Shown: piece by piece, positions 49,709 to 61,347 of the stretch
Layout: each line of letters begins with the position of its first letter
How positions within the stretch are numbered: the first letter of the stretch is position 1
Source: Batkoa obscura
Taxonomy: Eukaryota
Direction of reading: 5' to 3'
Length of the DNA stretch: 64,000 nucleotides
Assembly (NCBI GenBank): GCA_030770535.1
Contig: JASVEC010000002.1
Location: 186,001-250,000, forward strand
Made by a program: the position numbers and the translations under genes
The notes under the pieces: model-generated
Databases searched by the model: none
What the model was told of the DNA's origin: nothing
The model's input: only the letters and a program-made list of their open reading frames with translations

Positions 49709-50104
49709 ATGTCTTTATTTACATGTATTTATATACTTTTTTCGATATCTGATGTCTGATGTCTAATGTCTGATAAGGAGTATTTTTTAAAACTATACAT
49801 TAAAAATGTTTGTATTATAATTTTTTATTATCCAATTAATTTTACTTTATAATAGAATACAATGCTATTTATTCTTACTACCACCTTGTATCACATTGGG
49901 TCACACTTTTGATTCTTAACATTCATATGATTTATTAATATTGAATTATTTTATATCATGTACTGTGAAAATCTAAAAATAAGTATTATCTTTTGCTATT
50001 ATCAATATCTATTTTAATTAATCAAACACTTGCCTATTAAATAAAGTTTTGGAATTTATGTTTTATGAAAGATTCTAAACGCAATAATTGAGCATCACGG
50101 TATA

Positions 50105-50202
50105 GGGGGTGTTTTTTTGACTTCATTACTTTTTCTATCTTTTAAGCACTATTTGAGTGGAAAAATTGCTAGTAAAATTGTTAAACATAAAAATGCATCC
50201 CC
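50105..50202 (-). mobile_element. ~98-bp MITE
   Basis: GGGGGTGTTTTTTTGAC...CATCCCC|ATAT. Confidence 0.88.
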
Positions 50203-50474
50203 ATATTATGAATTAGGCTTACCAACTACAAAACATTAATATATTTCTCTCTTTAAACTGATAAATTTGATTTGAATAAAATAGCTGTATACTGACATTC
50301 TAATCTTTATTGGATATATTGATATGGGTCAAAATAACTATAAAGAATCATTGTTATTTTGGCTTGATTTTGAATAGTATTATAGAACGAGATTATATTT
50401 AAGTTTCTGCTGATGCCCTTCTAACCAAAGCTGCTAATAGCCTTCTTATACAACGTTCACGTAAAGATCTATAT

Positions 50475-50558
50475 GGGAAGGTTTTTTATTCAAGCATTTA
50501 GTTAGCAATTTTTTTTAATTTTGTGGCATAGAAGAACATAAAAGTGAAGAACATTCCC
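50475..50558. mobile_element. Possible second MITE type (84 bp)
   Basis: ATAT|GGGAAGGTT...AACATTCCC|ATAT; interior is unlike the main MITE. Confidence 0.45.
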
Positions 50559-50584
50559 ATATTTTAAACAAAAAATAAAAAATA

Positions 50585-50680
50585 AGGTTGTCTTTTTGTG
50601 TTTAACAATTTTAATAACAGTTTTTTCGCTTAAATACTGCTTAAAGATAGAAAAAGTAATGAAGCCAAAAAAATATCCCT
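50585..50680 (+). mobile_element. Degenerate ~98-bp MITE
   Basis: TTTTTGTGTTTAACAATTTT...GCTTAAAGATAGAAAAAGTAATGAAGCCAAAAA core. Confidence 0.75.
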
Positions 50681-51127
50681 AAATGTATTTATTATATTAA
50701 GTAAACCAATCTGAGGATCAAGAAAAGATTATAACTCAAAAGTTGTTATTTGAGGATAAGTTCAAGCGTTTTATTACGGATTTTATATAAGATCGATATA
50801 ATAATCGTCGACTAAAGTTGAATCTTATATAAACAAGCTAATGTTCAAATATAAATGGTACAAATCTACAAGTTGTAGAAAATAATTGAGTACTTAGTCT
50901 AGTTCACTTTAGCTGATGTGTTTTTTAGTAAAAGCTGTAAAAAATATATTGATAAAGTAAATCAGACCAAATACAACATAGCCAAAGTTATACTTTTTTC
51001 ATTAATAACGTTACTATGTATAAGTGTAAATATGCTCGAAAGAATAGCAGGGATTAATTTTGATTATATTGTATTATGAAATAAAACCAGCTGGAAGGAT
51101 ATCAACTATCAATTATATAAACGATAT

Positions 51128-53591
51128 GGGGCTGTCCTAATTGGTTTCAGAATCTACTTAGAAATTAATCCAAATTTAAAATTCCAAGTTTGTGTTCAAT
51201 ATAACGGTTAAATCTAAAAAGCCTAAAATTAAATGTCTCTATTTAAAACTTATTTTAATTGTTTCCTTTTCTTAAATAGCTAATTTTCCTAACTATATAT
51301 TTTATGTTAGTTCTGTTAGATATTTAACAGATATATAATATATAACTATATGATTATATAATTATATAAATACATAATTATATAAACACAGTTATTTGAC
51401 TTTATTTGACTTTATTTTTTGTTGAAATAAAAATAAAATGCAAACTTTCATAACTAAACTTCGAAATGGAATTTTTGAAAACTTCAATACAATAGGGAGG
51501 AGTACACAATATAAACATTGTAATTCATTTACATCAATTTTAAAAGCTACTTATAACAACCCAAGGTTCATGGAATTTTATAATAAAACAAAACAAAGAA
51601 AAGATATATTATCAAAGTTTACTATCGATAATAATAAACTTAATCAAGTAATGTATAAAATTAGTGCTTTAAGGGAAACAGGAAACAAAAGTCAGCAAGT
51701 AGCGTTATTATCAACTATAGCTTCAGTATATTCTTTTGATGAATGTAAGAGTTTTGGGTTTAATATAAATAGAAATCAATATGATTATTCAAAAACAAGT
51801 AATAATAATAAAATATCAACATTAAAACCTATTATTAAAAATACAAAAAAAATTAAAGATGACCAAATTGAAACTATCATACAATATTTACTAAATGATT
51901 CAACTATTTCATCAAGATTTAATAAAAAAAATAACGATAGTAAATATTCATCAGATAATATATATATATTAAATAAAAGTAGAAGAATGATATATAGTAA
52001 ATATTTGAATGATCTAAGAGATAAAGCAGTAGCTAGGTCAACGTTCTTTAAATATATACCAAGTAATTTCAAAAATCCAGCAAGAAAAACGGATCTATGT
52101 AATATATGTACCCAGTATACAGTTAGGAAAAAGTTATTTGAAAATAAAATAAATACAGCAAAAAACAAAACAGAGATAGAAGAAATTTTCAACGAAGAAG
52201 AAAAGTTATACAAATTACATAAATTCTGTGTTGATACTCAAAAAAACACATTTAATGAAACTATCAAAAAATTAAATAACAAAAGTTGTATAATAGTTTT
52301 AGATTTTAAACAAAATATGGAAATAGGGACAAGACCAGATTCAATAAATCTAGATCATTATAATAAACAAGCTATATCAGTATTAGGCTTTGGTGTATTA
52401 TATTTAAAAGATGATAAAACAATAGGCAAAGTTTACTTTGATTATTTATCTGAAATATTGAATCATGATTCAGCATATGCAGGAGATTGTTTAATCGATT
52501 TAATCTCTACAGAGCTTCTATTTAAAAAGTTTACAAAAATTAATATATGGGCAGATACAGGAAATCATTTTAGATCCCAAGAGTTCTTACATTATATGTT
52601 TAAAGAAATTCATAAAATAAATAGTAGTTTGAATGTTAATCTTAATTTTTTTGCTGAGCATCATGGAAAAAGTATAGTTGATGGACATTTTGGAAACCTT
52701 TCAAAATGGAAAAGTAGTTTTGAAGCGTTAGGTAAAATAGAAGATATCGATCAATTAATTTCAAGATTTGAGGCTTTTATTTGTGAGCATAATAAAATTA
52801 ATAACTCGACTGTTAATAATGGGAAAACAGATATAATTTTTAAAAAGTATAAAAGAAACAAAAATACAAAAAGAATAATAGAGATGCAGGGCATTAAGAA
52901 GTATTTACACTTTATTAAACATAACAATAAACTACATTGTTATCCAGTATCTGATACATCAAAAAAAAGCGATATAGTCCCAATTAAAGTTATAGAGTCT
53001 ATAGAAAACAGAAAAATTAAAAGATCGATCCCAGCTTACCTTACGAAGATAACAGAGAATTTAAAAATTTCGATATTTACTAAGCAAGTAAGTAGTTTGT
53101 TGAATGATAGAAATAGATTGTTAAATGTTAGGATTACTTAAGTTATTAATAGCTAAGTTAATAAATAGTCAAAGAACAAGTAACTGTAATAATATGTAAA
53201 AACTATTATTACTTGTACTATATAGGGATGGTCAATTATAGTTTTGGGGCTGACCACTCCCTCCCATGCAGCTATTTATTAACTTGGCAATATATTAATA
53301 ATGTAATTATAACATTAAAGTAGTTTATTTATTTGATAATAAATCTACAATGTTGGTTATAAAGCAGTTGATAATAAATATTTCTCAATTAAGCTTTATA
53401 AGAACATGTATTTAAGATCTAGTAGAAATTCAACTAACTTACAGTATGAGCTATAATATAATGGTTTAGAACTGTGTTTGGGTACTTTTGTTTTAATAAA
53501 AGATGTGATTTTATAGAATTTTAAGCGAAGTTTTTAAAATACAAATTTTTTTAAAATTGGATAAAATAATGAAACTAATTCAGACAACCCC
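51128..53591 (+). mobile_element. Intact 2464-bp Sola-like transposon
   Basis: TIRs; ATAT TSD; almost identical to 22330-24793. Confidence 0.95.
51438..53141 (+). CDS. 567-aa DDD transposase (Sola-like)
   Basis: The only protein difference I see from the 22640 copy is LINL vs LIDL. Confidence 0.88.
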   Translation: MQTFITKLRNGIFENFNTIGRSTQYKHCNSFTSILKATYNNPRFMEFYNKTKQRKDILSKFTIDNNKLNQVMYKISALRETGNKSQQVALLSTIASVYSFDECKSFGFNINRNQYDYSKTSNNNKISTLKPIIKNTKKIKDDQIETIIQYLLNDSTISSRFNKKNNDSKYSSDNIYILNKSRRMIYSKYLNDLRDKAVARSTFFKYIPSNFKNPARKTDLCNICTQYTVRKKLFENKINTAKNKTEIEEIFNEEEKLYKLHKFCVDTQKNTFNETIKKLNNKSCIIVLDFKQNMEIGTRPDSINLDHYNKQAISVLGFGVLYLKDDKTIGKVYFDYLSEILNHDSAYAGDCLIDLISTELLFKKFTKINIWADTGNHFRSQEFLHYMFKEIHKINSSLNVNLNFFAEHHGKSIVDGHFGNLSKWKSSFEALGKIEDIDQLISRFEAFICEHNKINNSTVNNGKTDIIFKKYKRNKNTKRIIEMQGIKKYLHFIKHNNKLHCYPVSDTSKKSDIVPIKVIESIENRKIKRSIPAYLTKITENLKISIFTKQVSSLLNDRNRLLNVRIT

Positions 53592-53861
53592 ATATAATGT
53601 TTCTTAGTTAACTATCCCTAGCTTCAGATGCTTCAAATATTAGAAATGTAAGCCCCCAAAAAGGTAATATTAGAAACCTATTGAAACAAAGATGAAATGT
53701 ATAAATATCATATTAGATATGATTCTATTTTAATTTGTTTTTCCTGAGTTTTCTGTAAACATATTTTTCCGTCTATTGAATATTAAAACAAAATTATTCA
53801 AACTATTCATTAAACAAAAATAAAGATAATAAGAAATGGTTTAAAATATAGAATAGTAAAT

Positions 53862-53956
53862 GGGGATGTATTTTTGTGTTTAAAAATTTTGCTAACGATA
53901 TTCCACTCAAATAGCGCTTAAAAAGTGATAGTGATAAAATCAAAAGAAACATTCCC
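53862..53956 (+). mobile_element. ~98-bp MITE
   Basis: GGGGATGTATTTTTG...CATTCCC; flanks AAAT/AAAC. Confidence 0.82.
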
Positions 53957-54867
53957 AAACTTTAATTATCATAGACAATTATACTTTTTGTATATCAACA
54001 TTGTAGTACTTCTAAGTAAAACAACCCCAAGATAAACAATGGTCAATAGCAAATTACTAATAATGAGGGGTTTATAATTGCTACATAAAATTAACTTGAA
54101 TGCTGTTTTATTGAAGAAATGGCTTTACTTTATAGTGATGTAGGCGATTTGATCTTATAATATTCAGGGATATTGTTTTATAATTGTATTATGAAGTAAA
54201 AATAATTGGTCAAAAATATGTTGATTCCAAAAAATAAACAATTTCTAAAATCAATATCGCCTTTATTCCATCAAAACAAGATAGCTTTGAGTCATGTTAT
54301 TAATAATAATCTTTTAAATTCCTATTAAAATTTTTGTACTATATATTTTTGAAAAATATTGGTGTATCTTTGTTAATTATAGAATCTTGTTCATTAACAA
54401 AACACTATACTTTAAGCTTTATTATAGGAAACTCAATACATTATTAGTTTCGCCTTACTGAAATACTTTTACTTGCGTAAAATGTCTTGATTAATAAAGA
54501 TCTTAGCATTTGCCTTGGCTTCTACTTGGCTATTAACTATATTCTCATAACAAAAAAGTATATGACTTCCCCATTAAAGAAACAGTGATTTTAAACAATT
54601 TTAAATCAGCCAGTTTATAAAGAGTGTAATAATAAAGTGTTTATGCAATATTTATACAATCACAATAAACATATTTGTAATATAATATTGACTATAAAAA
54701 AAAGGTAAGTATAATCGACTTTAATGTATACTTTGAAAAAATTAAATAAATCACTAATAAAATAAAATAAGACTCGTATTTATTAGTATAAAAGTATTAG
54801 AATAACCAGTTTTCCAATAAGAGAGTTTGATAAATTCATATCATCATTGTTAACCATAGACATTACC

Positions 54868-55131
54868 CTATCCTCTTCTTTGAAGTGGTGCATCAAGTCC
54901 TCTTCTGCCATATGGTCTATAGGCTCCTCTTCTTTGAAGTGGTGCGTCAAGTCCTCTTCTGCCATATGGTCTATAGGCTCCCCTTCTTTCAAAAGATTGT
55001 AGAGATTCGTTTTCTTTATTTAGTGTTACTGCTCCTTGAATAGAATCGTTAGGAATAGCTGGTGCAGCAATAGCAACAAAGTTATTGATAGTTAAAATAG
55101 TAAATAAAGTTCCAATGAGATGAGTATACAT
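54868..55131 (-). CDS. Secreted repeat-peptide precursor B (identical to A)
   Basis: Same 87-aa sequence; upstream region uninterrupted, with a TATA-like TATATAAATA about 40 nt upstream. Confidence 0.88.
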   Translation of the reverse strand: MYTHLIGTLFTILTINNFVAIAAPAIPNDSIQGAVTLNKENESLQSFERRGAYRPYGRRGLDAPLQRRGAYRPYGRRGLDAPLQRRG

Positions 55132-55159
55132 GATTTTTTTTGTGTTTTAACATGTCTTT

Positions 55160-55345
55160 ATTTACATGTATTTATATACTTTTTTCGATATCTGATGTCT
55201 GATGTCTAATGTCTGATAAGGAGTATTTTTTAAAACTATACATTAAAAATGTTTGTATTATAATTTTTTATTATCCAATTAATTTTACTTTATAATAGAA
55301 TACAATGCTATTTATTCTTACTACCACCTTGTATCACATTGGGTC
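55160..55345 (-). promoter_or_regulatory. Conserved upstream module of the peptide-precursor family
   Basis: On the + strand, ATCCAAT(T/C)A followed 61-63 nt later by TCACATT recurs at 55273, 49830, 59075 and 63230, i.e. about 130-150 nt upstream of the B, C and E starts and of the A start once the transposon is removed. Confidence 0.6.
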
Positions 55346-58300
55346 ACACTTTTGATTCTTAACATTCATATGATTTATTAATATTGAATTATTTTGTATC
55401 ATTTACTATGAAATTATTAACAATATCTGCTTTTATTATTATTAATATCAATCATTTATTTTGTTTAAGTAGACAATCACCTATTGAATATTATTTTGGA
55501 TTTCATTCTTTAGTTTTAAATTCTAAATCTAGATTTAGATGACAACACATTTACTGCGAGATTAAAATTATCAATCTTATAGTATTATAGTACTGCTCTT
55601 TTTAGTAAAAAAATAAGCATTTATTAAGATAGCTATACTATATTTTTTGATCTATATAAATTATATGATGTGTATTTTAGTATGATGGGAGCATTTCATG
55701 TTGTTTTAACTAATGATTGATTAACGATATAGAATAGGTCAAAATTTATCTTTACTTCTCTAAACAAAATTATTTTAGAAGTTCTTTTGTAAAGTTTATA
55801 AATACAATGTGGTGTTTTTGCATCAATGAAAAGTTTTGGTATCAAATCCTACAAAACATTAAACTCTGCCAAGTATTTCGGGATAAAGCATGCTAGTTAT
55901 GAAAATTAGCATGAATATTAAGGTGTATAAGACATCATATCTAAAACGGGTATCTTTTTAATGAGTGAACTAAGATTTTCAAAAACACATTGGGTTTTAG
56001 AAGAAAACACTCAATGGTAGTAGCAACCATTTCAATAGGAGTTTAATAACAAATGTATACTTTAATCATTAGAGAAATTTTCAATAGTTTCAAAGCTATA
56101 TATTAGCCATAAAAGGTATAACTCATGGCATTTTATTTAGAAGAACAGTAAAAAATAAGGCTGAAATGATATCAAAAGATATAGCGGAAGTTTTATAAAG
56201 ATGAAGGTATTTAGGGATAATTTGGGTTGGTTTTCAATTGTACTTTTTTATGAAGTCAAACTGATTGGACTATAATTTTTAATAAAAAAGAGAATCTAGC
56301 AGCAATAGCTTATTTAGTACTGCTAATATACTATTATATTAGCTGTTATAGTTATATGGGTTTCATTTATTAAAAGGGCATGGGTTTAAAAAAATACTCT
56401 TAGAGTCATCACTAAGCTTGAAAATCACAAATATTGTTTTGCAAAAGAGTCATTCTTTTGATCCATGTCTTTTACATCAATAAACTTTCTATCAACAGAC
56501 TGTTCCGTCTGCTGATATACAAAATAAATAAAATATCATTTTATAGAGCTATGTATTAAATGATGATAGTAAGAGATTTTTTATTTTAAGGTACAGTTCT
56601 TCTAGTGAACTTTAAGCGTATATTTTTGGATATTAAAATAGTAATGTGTTATCAATTTTATATAACTTGAGCTCAAGGAAAATAGCCATCAACGTTAAAT
56701 TGTTAAATATACTAATTTATAATTGCTTGTAGCCAATTTGGTTCATATAGTAGTTTTTTAAGGGTACATATTGACATTAAAATAACGTAAATGGTCCGAC
56801 CTTATGAAATTCAGGGATATTACTTTCATAATAACATTATGAGATAAAAGTAATTGGTTAGAAATTGTATTGTTTTTGAAATACAAAAGCAGTTGCCAAC
56901 AGTAGTGGCACCTTTATCCATATTAAAAAACTGTTGCTTTAAGTCATCTTGTTATTAAAATTTTTTTATCTTTAGCTATCAAATTGTACACAGTATATAT
57001 ATTCAAAAAGCACTAGATCATTGGTTTCTAAATAACTTTAACTTTCACAACTTGGTGTGCTTTTTATTGATTGTAGAATCATGTTATCTAATGGAAATTA
57101 TGCTTCAGTCTTTAATATAAGTTCGATCCCTCATTGTTTGTGGTCTATTGAAATTAGTTTATTTGGTTAATATATTTGATCAACGAATATTCTACTAATT
57201 AAACTATTGTTTGATTATAAACTGTAGTCTCATTATAAAGCATTCTACAACTACTATCATAAAACAAATACATATTACAGCACCTTCAGACATAAATAGT
57301 TTATTAAAATTTAACAACAAAGGGGTTGTAAAATTTTATTATAGTTAGAAAAATTTGATTTATAATAGCATTGTTTATAAAAATTTCAAATTAAATTTTA
57401 ATGCATGCTTAGAGCATTCACAACAGTAAGTCCAAAAAATTGAGCAAATTAATTTTATTTGCTCAATCAATTTAGACAATTTTCAAAGTTCCTTGATTGT
57501 CACTAATAGCAAATATACTTAAGATTAAGAAGCTATTTGTTGCGGATTTTTTTATGTAAATTTAATAATGTTCCTAGATCAAGAGGTCCTTAAATTTTTA
57601 TACAAAAATAATAAATCAAAAACTAATAAATCTGAATTATAACATTCTATCAAAACTATGAAAGTGAAATGAGATACTATTTCTCTATTCGAAAAGAACG
57701 ATTGGCTCATTATTAAACCAATTTAGTTGAATTCCATTTAAAAACTATTTTAAAGATTATATACGATATAGCTATATAAAAGCTTAATAGTATATAAATA
57801 GCTATTCTTGCAAATAGGCGAAATAAGCCGTTGATTTTTTACGTAACAGCCAATATTCATAAAGTAGAACTTTTGCTATACATAATATCTAACTTGAATT
57901 TATTATACTATATTGGGATGTTATTTTGATTTCATTTTTTGTCAACTTTTATCAAATAAAAGCACTCGATAGTTTATTTGCAAAACTAGTAAAAAACATG
58001 TCAAAATAATCAAGTTTAAAAGATCCGAATTTAGATATTAGCTATTTTTGAATGCCCTCTTTCTTTTTTTGGGCAAATCTTAACTATGAAGACTGCGGAA
58101 TTGTAGTAAAAATCATTGATTTAAATTTCGATATTTGTATAGAAAAATTCCAAAAAAATAGAACCTATCAAAAAACTACTATTTTTCTATTTAATAAATA
58201 GTTTTAGCTGATACTAGAACATTTTATTCAACTAGTAAAAAATAAATTTAAGTTCATTGTTTTTTAAAAGGAGGAGGGGACTTAAAAAATTAAGAGAAAG

Positions 58301-58687
58301 TTATTTAAAACTAAGTGCTTATAAAATATTTTTATAAAATATAATTATTTTAGTTAATGATATGGGGACATATTTTTAGATGAAAAAAATATATCCCTGT
58401 GATTTAGCACCTTTCTGCTCAAAAAAGAAAGAAGCATTCAGAAATATAATACATTCCAATTATGTTTGCCAAAAAAATAATTTAGTTCAAATTTAAGCTA
58501 ATGGATTAGAGGTAAAATAATTGTAAAATGTTTCAAACTTTACCTGCTTGAATATTTTATTACTGGGAATGGGAGAAATCAAACATTTTTTCAAAATGAA
58601 ATTAAACAAAAAAATCCCTCTCATTTATTAAAATTAAAATAATAAGCTAATTCACTTTACTATAGGAAGCTTAATACATTTAACCTA

Positions 58688-58945
58688 TCAACGGAATCTA
58701 TAAGCTTCATCAATGCTTCTTCTACTATATGTTCTACTACTTCCTCTTCTCTTAAGTAATGCCTCAAAATCTCTTTCACCATATGGTCTCCAATTTCTTT
58801 TTTCAAAAGATTTATAAGGTCCGCCTTCTTTATTTAATATTATTGTTTCTTGGATAGAATCACTGGAAAGTATTGGAGCAGCAGTAATGACAAAAGTACT
58901 AATAGTTAGGATAGTGAATAAAGTTCTAGTGAAATGAGTATACAT
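58688..58945 (-). CDS. Secreted peptide precursor C, 85 aa
   Basis: Signal/pro-region homologous to A/B (MYTHFTRTLFTILTI...DSIQ...LNKE); KR-NWRPYGER-DFEALL-KRR-GSSRTYS-RR-SIDEAYRFR. Confidence 0.85.
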   Translation of the reverse strand: MYTHFTRTLFTILTISTFVITAAPILSSDSIQETIILNKEGGPYKSFEKRNWRPYGERDFEALLKRRGSSRTYSRRSIDEAYRFR

Positions 58946-60332
58946 GACTTGATTTTTTTTATAATTTATTTTAGCTACATTATTAAGTATTTATATATTT
59001 TTAATACCTTGTATTTATTAGAGAACACGTTTTTGTAATTATACACTGCATATGTTTGTATCATATATATTAATATCCAATCATATTTACTTCATAATAT
59101 AACATAATAGTGTTTACTCATAATACTATTTTATGTCACATTCAATTGCACTTTCGATCCTTGAAATCTATAAAATTTGTCAATATTTGGTTATATTATA
59201 TCATTTACTGTGAGGTTATTTGAATATTTATTCTTATAATTATAATTATCATCAACTATACATGTAATTTGATCACACAGCTGCTATTAAGGGATTTTTT
59301 TGGGATTCTTATAAATATGATTTATTAATTCTAAATAGGGATGGTGGTTAAACACCGCACTTATTAGAAATTTAAAACTATAAACTACTCAATAACAATT
59401 TTCATGTATCAATAATAAGGCTTATTTGTTAATTTCCTATTTTTTAAGTGTTGTTGCTAACAAATAATAGAGAAAAAAAAAGGTATGTAAAACAAATAAA
59501 GGGCCTTTATATATGCTTCTTAAACACTCTTGCGCACAATATCTATAACCCAAAATTATCTTCATCATAACTAACTATAAAACCGATACCTCCATTCATA
59601 CCACTCATTCACACTAAACCTTTTCTTTTGATCTTTGTTATTACTTTATCTACTTGCTTTGTTGGATCTTTCCCTTGAATATATACCATTCTCACTGTGA
59701 ATCTTCAACAAATGATTCAGGGCTTGATTTCTTGACCTTTAATCTTCACTTTGAATGGCACATTTTATGGGTTATTATCTCCTACTTTATTGTCAAACAT
59801 CCAAGCAGGGATGCTTACACCATTGGAAATATCTTAAAATGGTCTCCTAATCTTTTTTATAAACTAATCCAAATTTAATAAAATATTTTACTTTCTGAGT
59901 TCAAATTTTAAAAAATTATAAGAGCACATTTTGTAAATGATTTTATATTTTAGTCTTCAAGATGAACAGTTTGTTTATTAAACGTATCTAGTCAAATTAT
60001 GTCTATTTATTTAAAGCTCCTTGGTTAAATAATAATACATGTTTGATATGCCAATTGTCATTATAAATCCTAACTTTATTATAAAAATTAATTTTTGTTG
60101 CAATAGTTATTAAAGAAATAAAAGCAGGGTGCTTATATAATATTTGTCTAACAAGGAGCGTCCAAATTAAAGGAATAATATTAATTGTATTAACCATAAA
60201 TATTGTAAGAATTATGCTATTTAATATATAATCAAAATAGTTAATAAATATTATGTATCAAATAAAATAAATAAGTGATAAAATATTAAAGTAATAGATT
60301 CACGAATAAAATGGTTTGATGGATTCCCATTA

Positions 60333-60539
60333 TCATCGCCATCCATAGGCTCTATCAACGTCTCTTATATTATATATTCTCCCGCTTCCTCTTCTTCCAA
60401 CAAATTGATGATTTCCACTTTGTTTGTTTGATATTGCTACTTTTTGAATAGAATCACCGGAAAGTACAGGAGTAGCAAGCGCAATAAAGCTATTGATACC
60501 TAAGACGGTAAATAGAGTTCTAGTAAATTGAGCTTCTAT
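60333..60539 (-). pseudogene. Peptide precursor D: open frame but start codon ATG>ATA (not in the ORF track)
   Basis: Manual translation: (I)EAQFTRTLFTVLGINSFIALATPVLSGDSIQKVAISNKQSGNHQFVG-RR-GSGRIYNIR-DVDRAYGWR*. In-frame TAG upstream and no in-frame ATG. Confidence 0.82.
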
Positions 60540-60639
60540 AATTTGATTTTTTATAATTTGTTTCGGCTACATTGGTAGATGTTTGTATACTTTTTTTGAT
60601 AGTTGATATCTAATAAGCTTGATTTTTTTATAAGTATAT

Positions 60640-60737
60640 GGGGATGTATTTTTTTGTTTAAGAATTTTACCAACAATTTTTCCATTCAAATAGCGCTTAA
60701 AAAATGGAAAAAGTGATCAAGTCAAAAAAACACCCCC
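60640..60737 (+). mobile_element. ~98-bp MITE upstream of precursor D
   Basis: GGGGATG...CACCCCC; ATAT TSD. Confidence 0.9.
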
Positions 60738-61077
60738 ATATATTAAATATATTCATACTATATTTAATACCTTTTAATTATTTTTTCTTATTTTTATAAA
60801 CCCAGCCATTTCATTTATTTAATCAAACACTTACTTTTTATATAAGCTCTTATATCTATACTCTATAGAAAAAAACCATGAATGCAGATATTAATTAGAT
60901 ACTATAGTATTATAAGTAAGTTTACCACTTGTTTAATGTCAATAGTGTAACTCTTTTGAGTTAACAAAAGGATCTTAAACAATAAAAACTTGTATTTTTT
61001 GAATCCCATTGATGATATAGTGTACCAACCAACATATAAAATGATTTTTGTTGCTTTAATTAAGTTTGAAAAGTATA

Positions 61078-61175
61078 GGGGAGTGTTTTTTTATTTCATT
61101 ATTTTTTCCATTTTTTAAGCGCTATTTAAGCGGAAAATTTGTTAGTAAAATTCTTAAACATAAAAATACATCCCC
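61078..61175 (-). mobile_element. ~98-bp MITE
   Basis: GGGGAGTG...CATCCCC|ATAT. Confidence 0.88.
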
Positions 61176-61249
61176 ATATATTGATCAGTTCTCATCAAAT
61201 TTTTCTATTTACAAAGTCAATGTTTGAATATGAAAAGTACAAAACATGT

Positions 61250-61347
61250 GGGGATGTTTTTTTCAATTTCATTATTTTTCCATTTTTTAAGTGCTATTCG
61301 AGTGGAAAGATTGTTAGTAAAATTCTTAAACACAAAAAAACACCCCC
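61250..61347 (-). mobile_element. ~98-bp MITE
   Basis: GGGGATG...CACCCCC; flanks ATGT/ATAT. Confidence 0.88.

Noticed and set aside
54783..54992. Alternative-frame repeat ORF (EEEPIDHMAEEDL) and antisense ORF 46908-47090
   Set aside because: Frame shadows of the peptide-precursor repeat; no signal peptide and not conserved in C, D or E.
55800..59880. Coding-like relics at about 55800-56250, 57560-58200 and 59580-59880
   Set aside because: No sustained frame or diagnostic motif; a faint hAT-like impression at about 57700 is not supportable.
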